Of a DNA stretch of 64,000 nt, positions 9,425 through 18,628 are shown piece by piece. Location of the stretch: positions 1 through 64,000 of the IMG/VR virus record IMGVR_UViG_3300033183_000491; one strand, written 5' to 3'. Each line of letters begins with the position of its first letter. Position 1 is the first letter of the stretch. The notes beneath the pieces were generated by a model, which saw only the letters and a program-made list of their open reading frames with translations, was not told the origin of the DNA and searched no databases. A program made the position numbers and the translations under genes.

Positions 9425-9453
9425 ATAATAAATTATTTTTTAAAAATATACAC
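9425..9453 (-). promoter_or_regulatory. Promoter GTGTAT-N17-TATTAT
   Basis: Variant copy in the intergenic gap. Confidence 0.5.
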
Positions 9454-9459
9454 TAAAAT

Positions 9460-10002
9460 TTATCCAAGTACACCACATTTAATTAGTGATTGTAAAACAT
9501 CTAAAAGAGCTTTCGTAGAAGACTCTCTACAAGATGAACCAGTAAAATCCATTAAAGGTTTTAAGCACAAGTCAATATCATGTGGATTAGACATTAAGTG
9601 CTGAGAACAATTATCATATGATGATGTACACGGAACTGTCTGATGAGATTGACTTCTTAAACCACGATAGTGGTCTAAAGCTTCTGGGTGTTTTGCGTGG
9701 TATTCAATATGATCAACATATTCTTGAGGGGTTACTACACCGTCGTCATTTAAGTCAAAATGATGATGTAGCTCTTCAGGAGAAATATTACCTTGATGAT
9801 CAAATTCAATGTCGTGATGAGCTTCACCACTTTCTAAAGAATGAAAATCATAACTTGATTCCTCTACGTTTTCAGGGCATTGACATATTTCGCATCCACA
9901 ACAATCGCATAAAGCTTCACATCTGCATGGGCTATATCCACACCCAGAACATGTGTTTGATGCTAAATCAAGAAATTCTCTTATTAATTTTCTTTCGCTC
10001 AT
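9460..10002 (-). CDS. Cys-rich, His-rich protein with an EF-hand-like loop
   Basis: CSGCGYSPCRCEALCDCCGCEICQC cluster; DLNDDGVVTPQE loop. Confidence 0.65.
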   Translation of the reverse strand: MSERKLIREFLDLASNTCSGCGYSPCRCEALCDCCGCEICQCPENVEESSYDFHSLESGEAHHDIEFDHQGNISPEELHHHFDLNDDGVVTPQEYVDHIEYHAKHPEALDHYRGLRSQSHQTVPCTSSYDNCSQHLMSNPHDIDLCLKPLMDFTGSSCRESSTKALLDVLQSLIKCGVLG

Positions 10003-10039
10003 TACAAACCTTTCTAAAGTTTTTATATAAGTCTAATTA

Positions 10040-11200
10040 TTACTTAAAAGATTTATTTTTTTGTGTATAATCATGTGCTTCTTTTCTACTCATTCCATTA
10101 AAAATTAAATCGGATAATTCTTTTTGAGAGTTGACAATATTCTCCAAAGAATGACATCGACTCTCAGATTCTTCAGAAAGTATTTTTAAATTTTGAATTA
10201 CATAATTTAATCTATCAAGAGTAAAACATGCAATATGTGCAGCATCTTTAAAAATAATTCTTTCTGAAGATGAGTGAGAAATATCTCTTTCTAAAAGAGA
10301 AGTACAATTTTCTACAGCAGTAGAAAAATAAGATTTAAATAATCTAACTAATCCGCAAATATTTTCTGTTAAAATTGGATTCTTTTTATGTGGCATTGCA
10401 CTTGAACCTTTTTGTTTTTCCCTGAAAGGCTCAGACATTTCGTTTATTCCGTCAATACTATAGATTCTTATATCATAAGCTATTTTTTCAACAGCTAGCA
10501 TTAGTTGTAATATACCATAGAAATAATCAAGATAATATTGACGTGGAATGATTTGCGAAGAAACAACTGGTTTTAAGCCTAAAATATCTAATGCTATTTT
10601 TTCATTCATTATAGAATTAAAAGTATAGTTTCCTGATGTTCCACTAAGTTTTCCTAATTTAATTTTAGCATTAGCTTCAATTAAGGAATCATATCCTTTT
10701 CTCAATAGAGAAAGCCATCTATAAAATACATCATAATATGTTTGTATTTCAGCAGCTCTTCCATGAGTTCTAGATAAAATCCTTGATTTAGACTCTTCAG
10801 ATTTTAAGAGTCTATTTAGGTTATAAATAAGATTTGCAGCATAACCACAAATGACATTTAAACTTTCACTACACATTAAAGACAAAGATGTATCTAAAAT
10901 ATCTGAAGATGTTAGACCATAATGAATCCATCTTCCACTATTATCAGGAATAGATTCTTCTAACATTTGAACAAATGCTTGAACGTCATGATGAGTTTCT
11001 GACTCTATCTCTTTCCAACGGTCAATGTCAATTTTAATATTTTCTTTAATAGAATTAAATTCATCATCAACGATAGTTGGATCTGTAATGTTTAAAGTTA
11101 AAGACTCTAAGTGAGCTAATTCTACTTTAAGCCATGTTTTTAGTTTGTTTTCTGTTTTCCAAATATCATGAATTTTTTGAACTTTATACCTTGGTATCAT
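10040..11200 (-). CDS. purB: Adenylosuccinate lyase
   Basis: MIPRY start, HYGLTSSDILDT, RTHG, signature GSSAMPHKKNP and ERDISHSSSER. Confidence 0.95.
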   Translation of the reverse strand: MIPRYKVQKIHDIWKTENKLKTWLKVELAHLESLTLNITDPTIVDDEFNSIKENIKIDIDRWKEIESETHHDVQAFVQMLEESIPDNSGRWIHYGLTSSDILDTSLSLMCSESLNVICGYAANLIYNLNRLLKSEESKSRILSRTHGRAAEIQTYYDVFYRWLSLLRKGYDSLIEANAKIKLGKLSGTSGNYTFNSIMNEKIALDILGLKPVVSSQIIPRQYYLDYFYGILQLMLAVEKIAYDIRIYSIDGINEMSEPFREKQKGSSAMPHKKNPILTENICGLVRLFKSYFSTAVENCTSLLERDISHSSSERIIFKDAAHIACFTLDRLNYVIQNLKILSEESESRCHSLENIVNSQKELSDLIFNGMSRKEAHDYTQKNKSFK

Positions 11201-11375
11201 TTTTTACCTTACTTATATTTTTTGTACTTACAACAATTAGTCTTTTATTATCATAGACTAAACAATAGTTTTTTATTTTTGAATCTATCTTGCTTGGACT
11301 ATAGTTTAAAAAAACCATGTATGATTTATAACTTTTATGATAAACCAAGTCTCCTTCTTTAAGATCATTTATCAT
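11184..11375 (-). CDS. Small SH3/KOW-like protein
   Basis: LKEGDLVYH; overlaps both purA and purB. Confidence 0.55.
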   Translation of the reverse strand: MINDLKEGDLVYHKSYKSYMVFLNYSPSKIDSKIKNYCLVYDNKRLIVVSTKNISKVKNDTKV

Positions 11376-12573
11376 TATTAGACCAGACTATTTCGCCTCT
11401 CTTCGGTCCTGTTGTAAATGATATCTGATTTACTCCTGTATGCATTTCAATGTTATGTAATAGTTCAACAAATCCTAAGTCAGAAAGACTTACTGAGTTA
11501 ATCTTGTATGTTTTATATTTTCTTCCATGAACATAAAAATGTGGGTTGTCAATATGTGTCATAACGTCTGTTTTAACAACACATAAATGAGATACTCCAT
11601 TTTGTTTGACAGCTGTTCTGATTTCGTCTAAATCAATCCAACCACATTGTCTTGGTCTTCCCGTTGTTGCACCAAATTCTTGACCAACTTCAGATAATAT
11701 TTTTTCTTGGCCGTCTGTTATAATACTTGGAAAATCTCCACTTCCTACTTTTGTCTTATAAGACTTGATAACACCAATAACTTCATCGATCTGAGTGTGG
11801 TTAAGACCCGTTGAATTTAAAGCTCCTCCAATTGAAGGAGATGATGAAGTTACGTCAGGATAATTGTTAGAATAAATACTAAGTCCACTTCCTTGTGCAC
11901 CTTCTAAAAGAATATTATAGTTTCTATCATAATAATCTTGAATTAAATCAAATTCATCCTCAACAACATATCCCTTTAAAATAGAAGACATTTCCATAAA
12001 TTTTTCTTGCCAAGAATTAAAATTATTAAAATCTTTTTGTAAGTCTTCTAAAGTTTCTCCGTTCTGTGCTCTTTTTTCTTGAAGATCAAAAAACTTAGAT
12101 TGTATATTCATTAAAGATTTTTCAGGACTATTAATAATATCTTTAACTAAGATAGAATCTCTAGCATAAAAATCTGAATATGCTGGACCAATTCCTTTTG
12201 CAGTTGTTCCTAGTTTCTTTTGATACTTAAGTCTATCAATAATCTTATGTGTTGGTTCAATAATTGGACAAAATCCAGAAACTGTAAGGTTTTGTAGTGG
12301 CTTTACATTAAGATCCATGATTTCATCACAAAAATCTTCGATATCAAGAACGCATCCACGAGAAATTACATTTAATACTTCCTTTGATAAGACACCAACT
12401 GGAAGTATATGAGTTACAAATTTGTTTCCTTTTTTATCATATACAGTATGTCCTGCATTTCCTCCCCCTTGGAATCGAATAACGACATCTGCCCAAGTTT
12501 GAACTAAGTCATCTACGATTCTACCTTTTCCTTCGTCTCCATGTTGAAGACCTAAAACTAATTTAACTGGCAT
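11365..12573 (-). CDS. purA: Adenylosuccinate synthetase
   Basis: GLQHGDEGKG (Asp retained), RFQGGGNAGHT, GIGPAY, LLEGAQG and GATTGRPR. Confidence 0.95.
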   Translation of the reverse strand: MPVKLVLGLQHGDEGKGRIVDDLVQTWADVVIRFQGGGNAGHTVYDKKGNKFVTHILPVGVLSKEVLNVISRGCVLDIEDFCDEIMDLNVKPLQNLTVSGFCPIIEPTHKIIDRLKYQKKLGTTAKGIGPAYSDFYARDSILVKDIINSPEKSLMNIQSKFFDLQEKRAQNGETLEDLQKDFNNFNSWQEKFMEMSSILKGYVVEDEFDLIQDYYDRNYNILLEGAQGSGLSIYSNNYPDVTSSSPSIGGALNSTGLNHTQIDEVIGVIKSYKTKVGSGDFPSIITDGQEKILSEVGQEFGATTGRPRQCGWIDLDEIRTAVKQNGVSHLCVVKTDVMTHIDNPHFYVHGRKYKTYKINSVSLSDLGFVELLHNIEMHTGVNQISFTTGPKRGEIVWSNNDK

Positions 12574-13631
12574 TATTTACCCTTATTAAAAATATGTGGA
12601 TTACCTTCTGTATGTGAAGATGAAGTTTGTTTTCTAAAAACAGCTAACTCTTTAAGTTCTAAAAGGTTTGATGCGCCGCTATAAGACATACCACTTCTTA
12701 CATTCGACATGATTTCATTAATAACTTTAGATGTTGTTCCTTTATAAGGAACGAAGGAAGCGACTCCTTCAATTGAATTATAGGAACCTTTCCAATTTTT
12801 TTGTGCAGCTTTTGAAGCCATCCCGTTATATCTTTTAACTTTTCTTCCTTCTTGAGTAATTATTTTCCCTGGTGTTTCTTTAGTTCCACTTAAAATAGAA
12901 CCAAGCATTACAAAATCTGCACCTGCAGCAAGTGATTTAACAATATCACCAGAATTTTTTATTCCACCATCAGCTACAATATAAGGAACAAAGTTTTCAC
13001 CTTGATCTATTAGATCTTTCTTAGCTTGGTCACATTCAAGTACAGCCTGAAATGTTGGGATTCCGTGTCCAGTTTGGATTCTTGTTGTACAAATACTTCC
13101 ACTACCGACAGATGTTCTAATTGCATGAGCGCCTGATTTTGCTAATCTTTTATATGCATGTCCTGTTGCAACATTTCCTGCCATTATAAAAAGATGTGGA
13201 TACTCATTTCTAATATATTCTATTGCTTTTTCCATTAAGATATGATCACCATGTGCAATATCAATACAAACAATACTTAGATCATTTTTTACTAACTCTT
13301 CTAATCTTTCTTTGTAATCACCTGATGCTCCGATTGCAGCTGCCCTATAATCTCTATGATTAACATATCCTAATAGTTTTGATTGATAATCAATTGAATT
13401 ATATCTGTGAATAATCCCTAATCCCCCATGACTTATCATTGCATTGGACATATAAGACTCAGTAACTGTTGACATAGGGGAGCTAATAATTGGGATACTA
13501 AACCTTAAACTTTTGTCATTATATAAAACTTCAATAGATGTATCAATATTTTTCCTAGATACAAGATCAGAATATTGTGGTTCTAATATTACATCATCAA
13601 AGCTTAAAACTTCTTTTTCGATTATTCTCAT
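12573..13631 (-). CDS. IMPDH/GMP reductase family enzyme without CBS domains, possibly a GMP reductase
   Basis: [44 protein letters not shown] and EGV; no Arg-Tyr dyad in the flap. Confidence 0.9.
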   Translation of the reverse strand: MRIIEKEVLSFDDVILEPQYSDLVSRKNIDTSIEVLYNDKSLRFSIPIISSPMSTVTESYMSNAMISHGGLGIIHRYNSIDYQSKLLGYVNHRDYRAAAIGASGDYKERLEELVKNDLSIVCIDIAHGDHILMEKAIEYIRNEYPHLFIMAGNVATGHAYKRLAKSGAHAIRTSVGSGSICTTRIQTGHGIPTFQAVLECDQAKKDLIDQGENFVPYIVADGGIKNSGDIVKSLAAGADFVMLGSILSGTKETPGKIITQEGRKVKRYNGMASKAAQKNWKGSYNSIEGVASFVPYKGTTSKVINEIMSNVRSGMSYSGASNLLELKELAVFRKQTSSSHTEGNPHIFNKGK

Positions 13632-13652
13632 TTTATTTCCTTTATATAGAAA

Positions 13653-13681
13653 AGTATAATAAATTAAATTTCTATTTACAC
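13653..13681 (-). promoter_or_regulatory. Promoter GTGTAA-N17-TATACT
   Basis: Upstream of the purine operon. Confidence 0.7.
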
Positions 13682-13688
13682 CAAAGAA

Positions 13689-14609
13689 TTACATATCATT
13701 TAAAAAATCTTTTCTATATTTTAGTAAAGCTTTTTCTTTACATTTAGCTTCTAACATTATATCGACAGATTTTCCAACACTGTCAAAGGGTTTATAATAA
13801 TAATCAGAGTGAGCAGCTGCAGACCTAATTGAAGAGTCTTCGAATTCTTTTTTTCCATTTGAATGGTGACAAGTTGGACGAATTGTTGAAGGCCAAGAAT
13901 CATATGCCATCTCAAATGATTCTTTATAAGGAGCATCTTCTGGGCCAATACTGAAATGGTGTGAATCAAATACAATTGGAATTTTTGAAACTTTATAAAT
14001 ATTGTCATATAAAAACTTTGTACTAAACATAGCAGGTTTATCATCATTTTCTACTGTTAGTCTTGATTGAACTGAAGGTGATAGTTTTCTAAAGTTTTTA
14101 TTAAAGTTATCAGCAGCTAACTTTCTGTTGCCTCCACATGTTGACCCTAAATGAATATTAATTTTAGACCAATGATTTTGATCTAATCCCATCAAGTCAA
14201 ATATTTTACCATGAATTTCTAGATCTTTAATACACAATTCAACAACATGGTCTTTTTCTGAAGCTAGACAATTAAATTGACCAGGATGGAAAGAAACTCT
14301 TTGATTAATTACTTTAGTGTAGTCACCAGCCATTTTAAGATAATGAGCTATTTCTTCATAGTCAGGTAGATCTTGTAAATTATATTCAGATGCCCAAGGT
14401 GCAATCTCTGAAGATATTCTAAAAACTTTTACATTGTTTTTGTAATTCCAATGGAAAATAGGTAATAAGTCTTTTACATTTTGAAGAACTATTTTTGAAA
14501 CATACGGAAGACCTTTAGATTCAAAGGTTGCTTTTCTCATAGTCCTAGAGTTAAAAATATTCTTTTCTCTAAGTTCCATGTTGATACAAGCATATCCGAA
14601 TTGATTCAT
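13689..14609 (-). CDS. uvsE: UV-damage endonuclease
   Basis: FGYACIN, FRISS, SFHPGQF, NIHLG, LTVENDD, VFDSHH, HSDY and MLEAKCKE. Confidence 0.95.
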   Translation of the reverse strand: MNQFGYACINMELREKNIFNSRTMRKATFESKGLPYVSKIVLQNVKDLLPIFHWNYKNNVKVFRISSEIAPWASEYNLQDLPDYEEIAHYLKMAGDYTKVINQRVSFHPGQFNCLASEKDHVVELCIKDLEIHGKIFDLMGLDQNHWSKINIHLGSTCGGNRKLAADNFNKNFRKLSPSVQSRLTVENDDKPAMFSTKFLYDNIYKVSKIPIVFDSHHFSIGPEDAPYKESFEMAYDSWPSTIRPTCHHSNGKKEFEDSSIRSAAAHSDYYYKPFDSVGKSVDIMLEAKCKEKALLKYRKDFLNDM

Positions 14610-14640
14610 TTTAATTTCCTTAGTAAAATATTTTTTTATT

Positions 14641-14669
14641 ATAATACTTCAAAGGAAATAAAATTACAC
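14641..14669 (-). promoter_or_regulatory. Promoter GTGTAA-N17-TATTAT
   Basis: Upstream of uvsE. Confidence 0.6.
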
Positions 14670-14691
14670 TTAAAAATAAAATATATTAAAT

Positions 14692-15753
14692 CTATCTCTG
14701 TGGATCCTTATAAACTTTAGCGTCGTAGGTGTCATGTGTATATGTTAGGTCTAAAATTTTCAAACTTTCAGGTGATAATGAATTATTTTCTAAGTCAGAT
14801 TTGTCAATCCCGATATTAGCTAAGCTGAAATCGTGATAAAAATTTTCTCCTGTCATTAATAATAGATTTCTAATATCTGGAAAATTTCTTGTTCTTTCTA
14901 ATATAAAGTCATAATCTTCTTTTAAATCACTATATACAGTGGTTTTTCTATCATTTTTGATTTTGTTTCCATTTTTATCAAGTTCATATTCACCGTTTTC
15001 GTCAAGTTTATATTCAGGTTTAGTATAATCAATATAATAAACATCGTCATCTGCCATGTTTTCAATAGCTTCAATAAGATATTCTGATGTAATAGAGTCA
15101 GAAGGAATAAATGACTCTCCAAAAGTTTGTTTAAAATGGCTTGCTAAAGATTTTAGAAATAAATCTAATGTTGATACAAATTGATGAGGATTTAAATCTT
15201 CTCTGAATATTGCTGAAATTGTTGGCAATACTTTTTTAATTTGATCTTTAGTAAGATATAAAATTTCAGTAGCTACTTCTTCACCTTCACCATAAACAGT
15301 CCCAACCTTTTCAGCAAAAATCCAAACTGGATTTTCTTCCAAGTCATAATCATATAACTTTGTAAATACTTTTCTAGACCCAGACCCATAATCACTTTTT
15401 GAAACGTTTATTTCTTTTGAATTTGATCTAACACCTCTTATTCCATTTGCAATCTTTAAGATTACGTCTTCAACACCACGTATAAAGAATACAACTCTTT
15501 GAGCGCCTTCTCCTTTTATTTCAAGACCAAGTTCGTTTGATCTTTTTTCTACTGTCACTAAGAACTCGTGATATCTGTCTTGTCGAAAATTTTCTTGTGA
15601 CCAATTACTATAATCTTCAGAAAAAATTTCATTCTTAATTTTAATTAAATCGTTTTTTAATAAATCTAGTTTTTTACCTTCTTCAAAAGTTAAAGATTCA
15701 TTTAAAAAATCTTTCCAGACATTAAAGAAAAAGTTTTTATCTTTATAACTCAT
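14692..15753 (-). CDS. Protein-kinase-like fold protein (paralog of 21702-22976)
   Basis: GEGAQRVVF Gly loop, VILKIA Lys, NSKE Glu, HDFSLANIG catalytic loop and KILDL. Confidence 0.65.
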   Translation of the reverse strand: MSYKDKNFFFNVWKDFLNESLTFEEGKKLDLLKNDLIKIKNEIFSEDYSNWSQENFRQDRYHEFLVTVEKRSNELGLEIKGEGAQRVVFFIRGVEDVILKIANGIRGVRSNSKEINVSKSDYGSGSRKVFTKLYDYDLEENPVWIFAEKVGTVYGEGEEVATEILYLTKDQIKKVLPTISAIFREDLNPHQFVSTLDLFLKSLASHFKQTFGESFIPSDSITSEYLIEAIENMADDDVYYIDYTKPEYKLDENGEYELDKNGNKIKNDRKTTVYSDLKEDYDFILERTRNFPDIRNLLLMTGENFYHDFSLANIGIDKSDLENNSLSPESLKILDLTYTHDTYDAKVYKDPQR

Positions 15754-15776
15754 TGTATCCTCTTTTAAAATAATTT

Positions 15777-15793
15777 CTATAATTATATTTATA
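15777..15793 (-). promoter_or_regulatory. Candidate late promoter TATAAATATAATTATAG
   Basis: Identical 17-mer at 18603-18619 (+); contains the T4 late consensus TATAAATA. Confidence 0.5.
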
Positions 15794-15809
15794 TTTCAAA
15801 GGTATTATA

Positions 15810-16097
15810 ATGCTACCATTTAAAGAAAAAATTATTGAAGAAACAGAAACTTACGTTTTAGTTCAAAGAGATTTTAATTCTTTATCAAAAGAAGAAGATT
15901 TAAATTGGCATTTAGATGAAGAAGACAGGGAAATTTTTGTTATTAAAGGTGATGGTTGGTATCTTCAAATGGAAGATGAGTTACCTAAACCTATGCAGAA
16001 ACAATCTTTATTTAAAATACCTAGAGAAATATGGCATAGGATAATTAATAAAAACGGGACAAATTTAATAATAAACGTGAGGAAATATAAATGTTAA
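15810..16097 (+). CDS. Cupin-like small protein
   Basis: WHLDEEDRE...IP..WHRII double-stranded beta-helix motifs. Confidence 0.6.
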   Translation: MLPFKEKIIEETETYVLVQRDFNSLSKEEDLNWHLDEEDREIFVIKGDGWYLQMEDELPKPMQKQSLFKIPREIWHRIINKNGTNLIINVRKYKC

Positions 16098-16309
16098 GCT
16101 TGCTTGAAAGTTTTATATATGAAATAATCATCGAAGAAGGAAACAAACCTCCTAAGTGGTTAAAAAAATCAAAAAAAGCTATTTATAAAGGAAAAATAGT
16201 AAAAGTAATTGAAGCTGATGGTCCTGGCCCAATGTCTATTATTAAATTAAAAAATGGAAAAGGCAAGGTCAAACAAGTTTTATCTAAAGATTTAAAGCCG
16301 GTTAAATAA
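16091..16309 (+). CDS. Basic protein with LLESFIYE leader
   Basis: ORF track; leader family. Confidence 0.6.
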   Translation: MLSLLESFIYEIIIEEGNKPPKWLKKSKKAIYKGKIVKVIEADGPGPMSIIKLKNGKGKVKQVLSKDLKPVK

Positions 16310-16310
16310 A

Positions 16311-16688
16311 ATGAATATTTTGTTAGAATCATATATAAAGGAAATATTATTAAATGAAACAAAGAAAGACCCTAAAGTAGGTACAGGGAAAAAACCTAAA
16401 GGGAGTGGAAGACGTTTATATACAGATGAAAACCCAAAAGATACAGTAAGAGTTAAATTTAGAACTGCTGAAGATATAAGAAAAACTTTATCTAAAAAAT
16501 CATTTAAATCTAAGTCACATGCTAGACAATCTCAAATTATTAATTTAATACATCAAAGAGTTAGAGCAGCTTATAAAAATGCAAAAGACCCTAAAGTCAA
16601 AGCTAGACTTAAAAGAGCATATGACTATGCATGTAAAAGAAAAGAATCTTCTAAGAAAAAAACAAAAAGATTAAATAAGAAAAAGTGA
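16311..16688 (+). CDS. Basic protein with LLESYIKE leader
   Basis: Lys/Arg-rich; leader family. Confidence 0.7.
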   Translation: MNILLESYIKEILLNETKKDPKVGTGKKPKGSGRRLYTDENPKDTVRVKFRTAEDIRKTLSKKSFKSKSHARQSQIINLIHQRVRAAYKNAKDPKVKARLKRAYDYACKRKESSKKKTKRLNKKK

Positions 16689-16697
16689 GTAAGTAAA

Positions 16698-16946
16698 ATG
16701 GAATTTATTTTATTAGAAGAATTTATAAGAGAATTTATATTTAAAGAGTCTAATAAATCAAAAAAGAAAAGACCCGGCAAAAAAGAATATTATAAAGGGA
16801 CAAAAGAAAGCAATAAGTCTATGGCATATGAAATAGACAAATGCAGTCCTACTGGTAAACCTAAGGGTTGGAAGGCACCTAAGTCATGTTACTCTTACTG
16901 GGATGCTGATAAAAAATACGATAAGTCAAAAAAGAAAAAGAAATGA
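16698..16946 (+). CDS. Basic protein with LLEEFIRE leader
   Basis: Lys-rich; leader family. Confidence 0.65.
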   Translation: MEFILLEEFIREFIFKESNKSKKKRPGKKEYYKGTKESNKSMAYEIDKCSPTGKPKGWKAPKSCYSYWDADKKYDKSKKKKK

Positions 16947-17281
16947 ACGATTTAATATTATTAGAAAATTTAATAAAAGAGTTAGTTTTAATTGAAGCTA
17001 AAAAAAGAAAAAAGAAAAAATCAACAACTCTTTCAGATAAAACGAGAAAAACTCTAAAGAAAAAGGCTGAAGATGCTAACATGCCTTTAGGTGCTTTGAC
17101 TGCTGTTTATAGAAAAGGATTAGCTGCTTGGCTTACTGGACATAGACAAGGAGTCTCTCAACATCAATGGGCTATGGGAAGAGTTAATTCTTTTATTAGG
17201 GGTGGAAAAACAAGATCAGTTGATAAAGCTGAATATAAAAAAGTTCAAGACTTTAGAAAAAAGAAGAGAAAGAAAAAATGA
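16943..17281 (+). CDS. Basic protein with LLENLIKE leader
   Basis: VYRKGLAAW...QWAMGRVNSF core; leader family. Confidence 0.7.
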   Translation: MNDLILLENLIKELVLIEAKKRKKKKSTTLSDKTRKTLKKKAEDANMPLGALTAVYRKGLAAWLTGHRQGVSQHQWAMGRVNSFIRGGKTRSVDKAEYKKVQDFRKKKRKKK

Positions 17282-17910
17282 GAAACAAACTATTATTAGA
17301 AAACAAAAATCTAATTTCAGAAGGTTTAAGGTTTCATTTAATCGAGGGAATTAGTATTGAGAACAATATTTACAGACCTGGTTCTATAAAGTATTTTAAT
17401 CTTTTTAAAGAAGTTAGAGAATTATCAAAACAAGGTTTATATAATTTAAACGAAGTTGAAGATTATTTTATAAATGAGACTGAAATTGGAGAATGGGGCT
17501 TGTATAAAGGAGACTTAGTTCCTTTAGATTACCCTATATTCGAGAAAGATGAATCTTTGTCATTTGATACTTCTCGAGTTATTGAAGAAAAGAAAAAAAC
17601 AAAAACAAAACTCACAAAGAAGAATTCTTATAAAGGGAAAAAAGTAAAACTTAATAAACCAATGAGATCAAGTGGTCCAGGAAAATATAAAGTTTATGTT
17701 AAAAATCCAGATACTGGAAATATCATACAAGTTAATTTTGGATCAAGAGAAATGTCTGTAGGTATTAGTGATCCTGATAGGAGAAAATCTTTTGCTGCTC
17801 GTCATAAATGTCATCTAACTAAAGATAAAACAAAACCTAGATATTGGGCTTGTAGAACTGCAAGATATCCTTATTTAACAGGTAGTAAAAAGAAATATAC
17901 TTGGTGGTGA
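17278..17910 (+). CDS. Hypothetical protein with basic C-terminal domain
   Basis: KYKVYVKNP...VNFG...RRKSFAARHKC...YWAC module. Confidence 0.7.
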   Translation: MRNKLLLENKNLISEGLRFHLIEGISIENNIYRPGSIKYFNLFKEVRELSKQGLYNLNEVEDYFINETEIGEWGLYKGDLVPLDYPIFEKDESLSFDTSRVIEEKKKTKTKLTKKNSYKGKKVKLNKPMRSSGPGKYKVYVKNPDTGNIIQVNFGSREMSVGISDPDRRKSFAARHKCHLTKDKTKPRYWACRTARYPYLTGSKKKYTWW

Positions 17911-17919
17911 TTTTAATAT

Positions 17920-18435
17920 TTACTTGGTAACTTTTCTTTCAAATTCACCTTTTAGAAAGTTATTTAATTCTTTATTAATATCAAATTCATTTGGCATAAT
18001 ATCATCTTTTTTAGATTTAAATTTTTCTTTTAGGTAATCTATAAATTTATCTTCTATTTTATCGTCAAGAATCATTGAAGTCTTATCATCTAAGTCAAAC
18101 TGCCCTAGAAATCCTTTAAGACTATCATCGTCATCTCTCTGTGTAAGAACTTTAAGAGCTTCACCAGCATCCATTGTAGTACTCAATACTTCAGACCAAC
18201 CTCCTGTTGCTAGCATTAAAGCAGCTTTCATTGCTGTCTTGCCATATTTTTTAACGTTTTCTTTAGTTTTCAAATTTCCTTTTTCTTTTGTGATAATGTT
18301 TAAAGCATTAATAAAATCTCCGTAAGTCATTTGATTAGATATATCTTCTTCACCGGATACTTCTGTCGACAATTCTTCTTCTTGATTTTGTTCTAAAAGT
18401 AAAAAATTTCTAACATAATCTTTTATAACATTCAT
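17920..18435 (-). CDS. Hypothetical protein with IKDYVRNFLLLE leader
   Basis: ORF track; leader family. Confidence 0.7.
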   Translation of the reverse strand: MNVIKDYVRNFLLLEQNQEEELSTEVSGEEDISNQMTYGDFINALNIITKEKGNLKTKENVKKYGKTAMKAALMLATGGWSEVLSTTMDAGEALKVLTQRDDDDSLKGFLGQFDLDDKTSMILDDKIEDKFIDYLKEKFKSKKDDIMPNEFDINKELNNFLKGEFERKVTK

Positions 18436-18507
18436 TTAAATCTCTCTTAGCAAAATTATTATTAATTTGAATTTAATATTTACTTATTATATATAGGAGA
18501 AATTTAA

Positions 18508-18588
18508 ATGAAACCATATTATTATATTGCTGAAGTTGTATCTGTTTACGATGGAGATACATGTACTTGCGTCGTCGATTTTAAGTAA
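18508..18588 (+). pseudogene. Truncated N-terminal fragment of a thermonuclease (SNase-like) gene
   Basis: AGGAG SD, then MKPYYYIAEVVSVYDGDTCTCVVDFK-stop; matches the first 25 aa of 19569-19949 (YDGDT motif). Confidence 0.8.
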
Positions 18589-18602
18589 ATGATGATGATA
18601 CT

Positions 18603-18619
18603 TATAAATATAATTATAG
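18603..18619 (+). promoter_or_regulatory. Candidate late promoter TATAAATATAATTATAG
   Basis: Overlaps the SD of the endonuclease gene; identical to 15777-15793. Confidence 0.5.
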
Positions 18620-18628
18620 GAGTTTACA

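Noticed and set aside
11365-12573. PurZ (2-aminoadenine DNA pathway)
   Set aside because: The P-loop is GDEGKG with the PurA catalytic Asp, whereas PurZ has Ser there. The purB and GMPR/IMPDH context fits ordinary AMP synthesis.
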